NCBI RefSeq assembly: GCF_009914755.1
Contig: NC_060930.1
DNA length: 64,000 bases
Reading direction: 5' to 3' (one strand)
Source: the human T2T-CHM13v2.0 reference genome, Homo sapiens
A program made the translations under genes and the position numbers. Shown here piece after piece: positions 45,370-57,120 of this stretch. The notes under the pieces are model-generated. The model saw only the letters and a program-made list of their open reading frames with translations. It was not told the DNA's origin and did no database searches. The first letter of the stretch is position 1. The number at the start of each line of letters is the position of its first letter.

Positions 45370-45570
45370 ATACACATATGTATATATATATAGTGTGGAT
45401 ATACACATAGATAATATAAATACCTATTTATACATTTAGATGTATAAGTATATTTATATAAATATAAGAATATTTGTATATAAATACATTTATATAATAT
45501 GTAGTACACATAGGTATAATATATATACTTGGATATTAATATTATATATAATCTTATTTTATATATAGTC
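45370..45570. repeat. TA-rich low-complexity tract
   Basis: Direct observation. Part of it is copied in inverted form into the AluY at 47.1 kb. Confidence 0.85.
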
Positions 45571-47052
45571 TGATCGAGAGTGACATTTAAAGTATTTAAG
45601 ATCTGGTACAGATGGGTAATGATCAATTAGCAATGTGTACAGACCTAACATCACTGGACACTGAGCAATCCAAAGAGATGCTGGTCATAAACAGTGGCCA
45701 TAACTGAGCTTCCATTAAATGTCAGCCATGCTATAACATTACTTCTTCAAAGGTAGGGTGTCCCATCTCAATATTATATAAAGTCAGTAAACCCTTTGTT
45801 TCTCTTATTTAAATTTTACCATTTAAAAGAATGCAATACACACTAAAAAAATATTCAGCAAATCAAAACAAAATAATCAAGTGAAAAGAAATGCCCTGTA
45901 TTGGTAGAATCAATCTGTTTTTCTTTTTTAATTAAATAAATTTTTTCTCTCATCTCACTTCCTCATCGCTGGTTTTGTTTTATAAGGTATATCAAATGAA
46001 CCAAACAAACACAAAAACACAAAACTCAATAATATATACTACGTTCTTTCTTCCTAATCTTCAGATTGATGGACCACACCTATAGGAGGCTGTGCCTAGG
46101 GTCACATGACATGGTGTTTTCAGTAGCACTCTGGTATCATTGTAGGAAGGTAAAAATTGCTTTAGACAGGAATTGATTAAATGACATGATGGAATATTTA
46201 GACTTGCCACCAGAACATGATAAAATCCTATAAGAGGAGTAATAAAAGAAACATGTATCATAAAATAGTAATGACAAACACAAAACTTCATCAGTGAAAT
46301 ATGATCTGAAATAATTATCTTTTTAAAAATCAATCCTCAAATTGCAAACTAATAGGGTTGTTATATGAGAAAAAAATAATGCTACCCATTTATTGTCTTT
46401 GAACTGACTCTTCAAAACTCTGAAAAAGAAACTATCCTATGAAAAACTCTTAAAAAATGTTGTATTCTGATGAGATGATACCTACTACTATCTTCATGAG
46501 TGGCATAAATTAAATAACAAAATGAGATGATCTTTTTTCCCCATTTTACCAAAAGAAAAACCCATAGAAATTAGTATTGAAATTTGCAATAATGTAGTGT
46601 TCAGAGATCTAGAGCTAAACTGCTCTAAACTTAATTTAGAACTGTAATTTTGGATAACAATTTAGATTGTAATATTTTTCATTCTAAAGTATAAGTAAGT
46701 GGCAAAATAGCACACACATCCCAAGTGTAAGGATGTTCAATTATTACTTTGATTTGAATTACATAATTGTGGAGAACAAAGAGCAATTTTTAATACATCA
46801 ATTTGCTTCAATTTTTCATACATCAATTTGATATAAAAAATTTATTCTCCACTGCAAGTTACCGAAGACACATGATTCCATTAATCATGTGCCATTAGAA
46901 CTTATTAGGATTTACATTTTTAGAATTAATAAGTATTAGTAGTATAAATAAGTACTACTAAAATTAGTACTTATAATGGTAATAAAAGAACAATAATAGC
47001 TAACACTTAACATACATATTACCGTTACCATTTCTGCTATAAATATTACTAC

Positions 47053-47189
47053 TTTTTTTTTTGAGACGGAGTCTTGCTCCGTCTCAAAATATACAAATAT
47101 AAAAATATACAAATATTCTTATATTTACGTAAATATACATCTAAATGTATAAATAGGTATTTATACTATATATGTGTATATTCACACAC

Positions 47190-47226
<37 letters not shown>

Positions 47227-47530
47227 CCTTATTTCCTTCTCACCCAAATATTTTTTATCAAAGTCATCAGTTATCAAAACCAGGCCGGAGTGTAGTGGCA
47301 CGAACTCACCGCAAGCTCCGCCTCCCAGTTTCACGCCATTCTCCTGTCTCAGCCTCCGGAGTAGCTGGGACTACAGGCGCCTGCCACCACGCCCGGCTAA
47401 TTTTTGTATTTTTAGTAGAGACGGGGTTTCACCGATTAGCCAGGATGATCTCGATATCCTGACCTCGTGATCCGCGCGCCTTGGCCTCCCAAAGTGCTGG
47501 GATTACAGGCGTGAGCCACCGCGCCCGGCC
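47053..47530 (-). mobile_element. AluY interrupted by a ~190-bp inverted local duplication
   Basis: Alu pieces at 47053-47085 and 47280-47530. AluY diagnostics (gcaagctccgcctcc, ttcacgccattctcc, ttagccaggatg). TSD aatattacta at 47042-47051 and 47532-47541. Confidence 0.93.
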
Positions 47531-48114
47531 CAATATTACTAAAAAGGAGCAAGCCAAACTATCCCAGGATACCAACAGAAGACTCATGGACATAAGACTG
47601 AGTAGACAAGAGAAAAATCCGTTATTAATTTGAGATTACTTTAAAACTTTCTCATTACAAAAATATTTTTATATCATTTACTGATTTTCCCATTAAATAG
47701 TACAGATTTTAAAAAGATTGAAATTCACTTACTTTACTATTATCTAATAATTGTTTTAATAATATACTTTGTTAGGCTGCTGAGTTATATTCTGACCATG
47801 TGCACATAATTTTTCTAATGTTATTAGTTATACATATATTCTTTTTTAAAATTGAAAAGAATTTTATCTCTGACACTAGTGAACTTTAAAATGAAGACAC
47901 AATAAGCTAATTTATGTTAAATAGATAGTAACAAATAATCCATTATAAGGTGAATCACATTTTAGTCGTTGAAGGCACTGATCTGGAATAGCATCTATTT
48001 TCATTTAATAACTCTGATGTTTCTGGTGGAACTGAGCACTAGAATTTTAGTTAGGTTTATTTTTAGAATAAGTACTAATAAAATTAGTATTAGTAGTATT
48101 AGTAAGTACTAATA

Positions 48115-49710
48115 AAATTAAGTATAATGTTAACTGCAGGTTTTGCATAAATGCTCTTACAAGTTTGCAGAAGCTTACATCTATTCCAATTTTACTGAGA
48201 ATATTTTTATTAAAAATGGTTTTTGGATTTTACCAAGTACTTTTCATGAATCAATTGAGATTATCATATAGTTTTTATTTTTATTTTTCTATGTGTTTTA
48301 TAATGTCCTTTTCTGATTTTGGTATCAGGGCAATGCTGGCATCATAGAATGAACTGGGAAATAATTCTTTCCTCTTTAATATTCTGGTATATCTTGTGTA
48401 GAATTGGTATTATATCTTCCTTAATTGGCTGGTAGAATTCACCACTGAAGACATTTGGCATGGAGTTTGTTTGCGGAAGGCTTCTTAGTACAAAATATAA
48501 TTCTTTGGTAAAGGGATGTCAGACTATTTCTTCTTAAATAAACTTTGATAGTTCAAATATTTTTTAAACATTTTCTATTTCATATAATCTGTAGAAGGTA
48601 CTGATATAAAGCTGCTCATAATTTTACTTGCTTTTCTTTTTATATCTGTTAAATCCATGGTAATGTCATCTTTCTCATTCTTGATATTGAGAATTTATTT
48701 TTCTCTTTTTTTTCTTGATTAATCTAGCTGCAGGTTTATCAATTTTGTTGATTTTCTCCAAGAACAAGAATTTTTATTCATCATTATTTTTGTTTTGTAT
48801 TTTATTTATGTTCAATCTGATCTTTATTATTTCTTTTCTTTTCTTTATTTTATACTTAATTTGGTCTTCTTTTCCTAATTTTAAGGTGGAAGTTGAGGTC
48901 ATCGATTTTACATTTCTTCTTACATAAAGTATATGTTTAATGCTATGAAGTTCCACCTAAATTTGATTTAGTGGCATTTATTGTATTCTGATATGTTATA
49001 TGTTCATATTCATTCAGTTAAAAATAATGCCTATAGTCCTTTTCTTCTTAAACTTATGGATTATTTAGAAGTGTACTATTTAATTGCCAAATATTTGGGA
49101 ATTTTTCCAGAGGTATTATTTTTCCAGAGGTATTATTTTCCAGAGGTAACATATTTATTTGCTTATTGATTCCTAATTTATGTGGTCAGACAATATCCTT
49201 TTAACACTTCCATCCTTATTAATTTATTGATAGCTGTTTTATCACCCAGAATGTGGTATACTAAATGTTCTATGTGCACTTGAGAAAAGAATGTATATTC
49301 TGCTATTGTTTGGAGTGTGGGGTATTGTCTATAAATGTCAATTAACTCAGTTTGGTTGAAAATATTGTTCAACTCTTCTCTATCCTTAATGATTGTCTAC
49401 ATGATCTATAATTTACTGATGGAGGGCATTTCTCAGCTATAACTGTGGATATGTCTATTTATTAATGCAGTTTTTGCTTCATGTACTTTGTGGCTGTCTT
49501 TATGTGCGTAAACTTTATAATTTTTATATTTTATTTATCAACTGACCCCTTAACATTTAAAAGACCACCTTTAACCTTGATACTATTCTTTTATCTGAAA
49601 TCTAAGTTATCTGATATAAATATGGTCACCCCAGCTTCCTGTTGATTGGTGTTATCAAATCTTTTCCCATGTTTTCACTTTTAACTATTTGTTAAATTTC
49701 AAGTGTGCAT
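48115..49710 (-). mobile_element. Old L1M ORF2 fragment (continues ~50308-50380)
   Basis: ttttggtatcagggcaatgctggcatcatagaatga. ORF 49178-49372 gives ELIDIYR...AEYTFFS (L1 endonuclease). Confidence 0.85.
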
Positions 49711-50308
49711 CTCAGAGGCTTAAAACAGAACTTGATCCAGCTATCCCATTACTGGATATACACCCAAAATAATACAAACTGTTGTATCATAAAGACAAAT
49801 GCATGCATATGTGCATTGCAGCACTATTCACAATAGCAAACACATGGAATCAACCTAAATGTTCATCAATGTTAGACTGTATAAAGAAACTATGGTACAT
49901 ATAAACCATGAAATATTATGCACCCATGGAAAAGAATGAGATCGTGTCCTTTTCAGGAAAATGGATGGAGCTGGAGGCCATTATCCTTAGCAAAACGACA
50001 AGAACAGAAATCCAAATACCGCCTATTCCCACTTATTATTAAATCCAAATACCACATATTCCCACTTAGTGGGAGCTAAATGATGAGAACACATGGACAC
50101 ATACAGGAGAACAAAAGACATTGGGGTCTAAAAGAGGATGGAGGGTGGGAGGAGGGAGAGATTCAGAAAAAATAATGAATGGGTAATAGGCTTAATAGCT
50201 GGGTGACAAAACAATATGTACAACAAATTCCCATGACACAGGTTTACCTATATAACAAACCTGCACATGTACCCTTGGACTTAAAAGTTAAAAAAATAAA
50301 AATAAAAA
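49711..50308 (+). mobile_element. 5'-truncated primate L1 3' end (older L1PA-like) nested in L1M
   Basis: atcccattactgg...gcagcactattcacaatagcaaa...gggagctaaatgatgagaacacatggacac...aacctgcacatgtaccc, then A tail. Confidence 0.9.
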
Positions 50309-50799
50309 TGTGTGTTTCTTGCAGTATCATACAGTTGGGTCTTGTGTGTGTTTTTATCCATTCTGACAGTCCTCTTTTTACACTTGTAAGTTCTTCTGAT
50401 CATTTTACATATGTAAGTTCTTTTGGCCATACTGTCAGAGTCTATGTCCTGGTGACATAGTAGAATCTCATTTCTGGAAGGTAATGAAACCCAGGGACCA
50501 GGGTTTATGTTATCTAGTTATTCTTAATTATATTCTTAAGATAAAATGTGTCACTCTATTTTGCCCAGGAAAATCAAAGATCTTTTGATACCCTTTTGAA
50601 ATTTGGATTTCTGAATAACATGATATAAATATTAAAGGATAATCTTTCACTTTTGCAAACTAATTCTTTAAAAGGACAAATTGCCTCACACATTTTTCTA
50701 CTGACTTTAGAGACTAATTAATTGTAAGAAAATTTGATGTCTTTTTTCAAAATTTAAAGAGACTACGGGTAAATATGCTTTGTGAAAAAAGGTTTTTTG

Positions 50800-50921
50800 T
50801 GTATATATATATATACACACTATATACATATACACTGTATATATACACACACTATATATATTATATATACACACACTATATATATATACACACACACAAA
50901 CACTATATATATATATATATT
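50800..50921. repeat. (TA)n/(CA)n compound microsatellite
   Basis: Direct observation. Confidence 0.9.
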
Positions 50922-51054
50922 CTGTAGGGGAGAACAAAGTTTTCCAAATGCTAGATCAAGTATTAGGAAAGCTCTTGATAATTGTTAGGATTTAACATTG
51001 AAAGTAGATTATCCCTCGGGGTTGGAAAACAAATTTTTCCTTATTAAGTAAACA

Positions 51055-51182
51055 TGTTTAATTAAAAGTAAAAAAATGTTTCCTTATGAATTAAAAATGT
51101 TTAAATAAAGAAGTAAAAATGTTAAAAGTAAAAATGTTTAATGTTATGAAGTAAAAATGTAATTTATGAAGTAAAAATGTTT
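51055..51182. repeat. Degenerate minisatellite, core aagtaaaaatgt
   Basis: The core recurs about 5-6 times. Confidence 0.75.
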
Positions 51183-54100
51183 AGCCAATTGCATTGGGAA
51201 TTTATCATATCATGAAGCATCCTGAGGTTTCCCAAAGGCTGTAGACCTGTATGAGTTAACCAACCTGTCTGTGTATCAAAATGGTAAAACTGGAGAATGT
51301 GTTTTCTGTGTTTCAATTTCTCAGTAACCACAGGTTAACATACTGTATTGGCCATCTTACTAGGTGAAGAAATTCTGGGCAAATTATTTGTGTACTATAT
51401 CCTAAAAAGACAACTAAGTTTATAATGACAATTGAGATAATTGTTTATATGTTGCTTAATTTTTATTTCCAACTTTTCATTAGAATTCTTTTCTATTGTT
51501 AATTTCATCCTGATGAAATTCATGAGCTCCCTCTTTGGGCTATTATCTCAGTTTTTAGTTTCAAACTTACCATAAAAAACATTCAAAGACCAATAGAATT
51601 TCAACTTCAAGAAATTTCTGAATTCTCATTTCATCAATGTAATCATCCCATATCATGTGCGTAGTATATATTTTTCTCTTACGAGTTAATATTTTGTTTA
51701 TTGCAATAGTGAAATTCCTTAATTTTTGTTGTTTTCCTGTTAATTTGCCGTGTCACAAAGCAGTAAAAACATGTGAAGAGCTCTCAGGAAACTGGCAGCA
51801 GCTTTCAAATTGAAGTAGCAAGAAGCTATCATCTTCAAAATTAAGATAAAGGAAAGACATTAAACTTTTAAAAGCTTGAACAAAAGGGCAGGCTTGTATG
51901 ACCTTGGAAATATTGAAGGATGTTTAGCTTAGAACGTGAAAAAGAAAAAACGCAATACCTTAAAAAACAAGTGTTTTAATCTCATCAAAACCTAGGAGGT
52001 CAAAGTAAGATTAAGATAATTTACTTCTAAAATTATATACTAATCCATATGTAAGAATGTTCCATAAAAACAGCTTATTAAAATGTGTGTCAGATTTTTA
52101 AACAATATTAATTTACCAAGGAGATCTGTCTACCTCAAGAAACAACCTGAGTATGTGCTTATATATCTTTGTGATTCATTACAAAATAACAAGGCCAGAT
52201 GCTGGGCACTTACAGTAGGTTCCATGGTCAAATGGACTTCATTAATGTTGGTTTTCAGCATAGATATTCTCTAAAGCATTGTAATTCATCATACAGACAA
52301 TTTTGCTTTCTAGCCCTCATTTTTCATACTAAATTAACATTTTCTCTTTTCTAGTTTCTTGTTTAGCTAAGAGAAAATAACCCCAAACAATAATTTATGT
52401 GGAAAGAAATATTTTTATTAAAAATAATTTTGTGACTATTGTTTTTTAAATGCCTAAATGAGTAATATCCAATGTTCTTAGAGATTAAAGATAAACTGTA
52501 TTTAATGTAATACATTAATTACTAATATAAAAAACAAAAACATAAAAGAAAACAAATTCATGGTTTTCATAACACTTTGCATCATCATGTGAACTAAATT
52601 TTCAGTCAGCAAATTATATGTAATATGAAAGAATTTAGAGTAAGACTGTAACCATAAATTTGAGAATATTTACAGAATCATTATTCCTAAAATTACTTAG
52701 ATATGCGCAAATAATTTACTATGTAAAGTATAAATATTGCTAAAAAAACAAAGCAAGAGGCTTTTTTCACCTAATAATACATATTATTTAAAACTATACC
52801 ATTTTTTAAACATCTATGTAGTTATTTGCATCATCATGGAATTATATCATTGTTTTCTAAGATTTTTGACCAAGAGTCTCTACCAAAATAATTTGTTAAA
52901 CATTCAATCCCAATATAAAAAAAAGTTAAATATGTATACAATAGGAGTTAATATATTATTATAAGATATCTTAATATCTTTCTCATAAAAATTACCAATA
53001 GAATTTATAATAGTTTTTCTTCTCCACTCATTCATCATCTTGGATAAATCTAAGGCCTGTATACCTAACTGAATATTACTGTAATAACTAAGTAATGATT
53101 TGTGACTGTAATATTCAAAATAATTAAATCGAAATTTAGAGATAAAAAGAATGAGAATGATAAAATGAATATGATTTAATCATTTATTCACACTATTTTT
53201 AAAACATTCACCTGGAAAACATGCATTTCAAAATTTTTTTGTAACATTATTTTCCATTCTATTGTCAGGCATGTGCATAGTAACTGAAGCACACACTACA
53301 AAATTTTCTTTAAACATATATATTTTTGAAAACCATAAATTACTAAAGTTTTGTCATATCTCACCCTATTTAAAGTGATAACTTTTAAATTAAAATAATT
53401 CACCATGGATACATTTGAAAGCAAAATATTGTGATAGTAATTTATGAAAATAAAATAATTTTATTGACTTATCAAACTTTCTAAAAGAGATCATTAATCT
53501 TTTATGGTGTTATTACAAACAAAATAATTTTGTTTAGTTATCTAAATTCTCTTTATCATTGTCTTGAATTGTTTGTCAAGGAATCTAATTTATCTGGGCT
53601 CTAAAAAATTGCCGCTTTGACCTTTTATTTTTTCATCATTCTATTTCATTGTAATCTGTAATTTAATGAAAATGCTGTCTCTATTATAGCATTACAGGAT
53701 TTCTTGTAACAGTAACCTATTAAAGTATATTAAAAGTATTTATCATGGTCCTCATGAGTAACAATAATACAACAAATAGAAATCTGGGATATACAATCAG
53801 TACAAATAATTTAGAAGAATCTGCCTCCATTTATCAACATATAAAACAGTCAAAACAATAACCATTAAACTGAAGAGTAAAATTAAAACTTATTTTTATA
53901 AAAATCAATAAAGTATTGAAATTACTAAATATGTCTATATCTAGAAATCAGGAAAAATCACTCTAATGAATAGCAAATTTCTTTAAATTTGCCAATATTC
54001 TCAAATTAGTATACTTAATGAAACTGAAATTTAATTTTGACAGATTTTTATCCTTTTCCAGCCAAAGAGACAGTCTGAATTTGGCATATTTTTGTAAAAA

Positions 54101-54349
54101 TATTATGTTAATGGCGATTTACATTGTATTGTCTTAGAACATAAATTTTCAATTTTTCATGTTTCCTTCATCACTATTTTTTCAAAATTTATACCGTCAC
54201 TTCCTTACTACATTCTTTTTCCTAATTTTTTAATGAGAAAAACTTTAAAGATATTGGTGTCTTTCTACCTCTGAAAGAAATATCTTATTTTTTTAAATTA
54301 GAATATACACTATTAACTTATTTTCATATAAAAATATTCTTCTACATAT

Positions 54350-55100
54350 GTACATTTTAAAAAAGTGTATCTCTATTTCAGTATGTATTTATAAAGGATA
54401 AATTTTTTTTAAATAATACAAGACCTCAATACCATTATCACACATAATAATTTACAATAATCCTTTTGCTTCAACAAATAACAAGTTTGTATTGATTTTT
54501 CCAATTTTTTTTAATACTTTTTTTGGTAGTATCAGGGTTGAAATTTGGTGCACGCACTGTGGTTGGTTTATAAGTTTCTTAAGACTCTTAACTTTTATGT
54601 TGGTCCTCAATATCATTTATTTTCTCGCATATCTTTTCCTCGTAGAAGACACCCAGACATTTTTTCCTGTGGTGTCATGACAGTCCAGCTTTTGCTTATT
54701 ATTTCACTGTTGCATTGTTAACATATTCCTTCTCCTTTAGACATAAACTTTAATTACATCTAAAGGCTCGATTAAATTCAGATTCAACTTTTTAAAAAGT
54801 ATTTCTCATAAGTGACATTGTATGTTTCTCTCATAGAATGAAAAATATTTGTTTCAATTCAATGAATTTATTAATTCATTTAAATGGATTATTATTAGTA
54901 TTCAAATTATTGATATTCAAATTGCCCAGTCTTTTTTAACAGAAGGAGTTACTTCAAGTTGGTTCCTGAGAACTATAGGTTTAATTCTATTCTTAACTTC
55001 TATTATGATGAGGTATTTCAAGCTGTAAGTGTCCATTTACTTACTTATATTAATATTTATACTTCTCTTTTCTTATATAAATGACAGAATTCTATAACAC
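54350..55100 (-). mobile_element. Ancient L1M 3' remnant
   Basis: caataccattatcacac...aataatcctt, taaaggctcgattaaattcagattcaac. Degenerate. Confidence 0.5.
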
Positions 55101-55277
55101 TTTCCCCACTTGGCAATATGCAATGGAAGTGACTCAGTAAGCCTATTACACCTGATCTCTGTAGTGAATTGCTCATAAAAAAACCGTGAGAACAGTATAC
55201 AATATTCCCTTAGTTCTTGCAGGTTACTGATCATATAAGGATTTTCTTTTCTTTCTTTCCTTCTTTAACTAATTAAT

Positions 55278-55285
55278 TATTTTAT

Positions 55286-55316
<31 letters not shown>

Positions 55317-55590
55317 TTTTTTGGAGAAAAGGTCTCATTCTGTTGTCGAGGCTGGATGGCAGAGGCACAATAATGGCACACATTAGCCTCAACCTCCCAG
55401 GCTCAAGCAGTCCTCCTACCTCAGCCTCGCAAGTAACTGGGATCACAGGCATGCACCACTGTGCTTGGTTAACTTTTTTTTTTCAGAGCTCAGATCTCAT
55501 TATGATTATGTTGCCCCAGCTGGTCTTGAAATCCACCTGCCTCAGCCTTTTAAATTATTGGGATTAAGGTGTGAGCCCCCAAGCCCAGTG
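55278..55590 (-). mobile_element. AluJ (diverged) with (TTA)n tail
   Basis: gcctcaacctcccaggctcaagcagtcctcctacctcagcc is AluJ-diagnostic. Confidence 0.88.
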
Positions 55591-56214
55591 CTTTTCTGCA
55601 TAAAAGTTAGTATGATTGAATAAAAAGTTACTGGTTCACATTATCTTTTCTTAAGCATATTTTAAAAGTTATGTGCCTAACTCTGGCAAAAGCCATTGGT
55701 GAGGTAGCCCGATTTTGCCTGCATGCATACATCCTCTTTTTTCAGCCTAATTTTTTTTATTAGTGTGTCTAATACTTTTTGGCCAGTATAGCTAGATACA
55801 TGGTGAATACTTTGGATGTAGTTTCAAGTTTTGAATTTTGTCCAGGAAAATTTTATTCCAATTATGGTTTTTAATTCTTATTTCCTTTTTTTTTTTCATT
55901 TCGAGAACTCTTATTGTACATGTGGAGAATGTCTTTGCTTTATTTTAGATTCATCTCTGGAACTTAAGAAATAACTGTTCACTTTAGAAATAAGCAGCCC
56001 ACTAACTACCTTTGTTTCGACTGTAGTTTGAAGGAAGTGAGGGAATAAAGCTGGATTGTAGTGGTCTTTGTGGGGAGAGTGTGTTGACAAACATTATCAT
56101 TATAAAATTCATAAAACCATAGCAAAAAATGTAACCTTTATTTTCTTAGTGCCAACTGCATTTAATATTTAAAAATTAAGTAATCAGGAAAATATAAAGA
56201 CAAATATGTAGGAC

Positions 56215-57120
56215 TGTGATATAGTAAGAAATATATATTTGATCTTCTTCCCTGTCCCTGGTTTCTAGCATGGAGCTCTTAGAAACCTCAGAATTTTTTA
56301 AGTGGTAAAAGCAATAAAGGTGAAAGGAATATCTTTTGTTATTCATAACACATCCCATCTCTTTTCTTCACACCTGAGTTTATGTTAATGAGGTGACTTT
56401 TGGAAAGCCCCTAAGGATGAGGGGCTGATTGCCAGGGTAATTTATCATGTGATTAGAGGGTTGGCTTTTCCAGCCTTACTCCCCTAACCTCCTAGGAGTG
56501 GGAGGGGCAAGGGTTTAAAGAATGACTTAATCATACCTTGTCAATGATTTAATAACATGCTTATGAAATGCAGCCGCCATAATAACCCAAAAGGACAAAG
56601 TTTGGAGAGCATTCATGTTGTTGAACACATAGAGGTGGTGGGAGGGTGCCGTGCCTAGAGAGGGCATGGAAGTTCTATGCCTTTTCCCCATAACTTGCCC
56701 TATGCATTTCTTCCATCTTGCTGTTCCTGAGATTTACCCTTTTATAACAAACCAATAATCTAGTTAAGTAAATTGTTTTCCTGAGTTCTGTGAGCCAGTC
56801 TAGCAAATTAACAAACCCGAGGAAGTCGTTGTAGGAATCTCCAGTTTGTAGCTAAGTCAGTCACAAATTGTAGGTAACACGGGGACTTACCACTTCTGAC
56901 TAGCCTCTGAAGTGAGGGGGGCACTTCTGTGGGATTGAGCCCTTAACCTGTGAGATCTGTACTAACTTCAGGCAGTTAGTATCAGAATTGAGTTGAATTG
57001 TAGGACATCCTGCCAGTGTCAGAGAATCAGCTGGTACTGGGAAAAAACTCCACACATCTGCAGTCAGAAATGAAGTCTTGAGAATAGTAGCAGAGTATAG
57101 AAGAAATGGGAGTTTTTTTC
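56215..57120. mobile_element. MER21-type LTR
   Basis: tgtgatatagtaagaaatatatatttg...cctgagttctgtgagc...gtatcagaattgagttgaattgtaggac. Confidence 0.8.

Noticed and set aside
51055-51182. Repeated units with variable spacers (CRISPR-like appearance)
   Set aside because: Short degenerate AT-rich minisatellite in primate DNA, with no constant repeat/spacer lengths and no cas genes.
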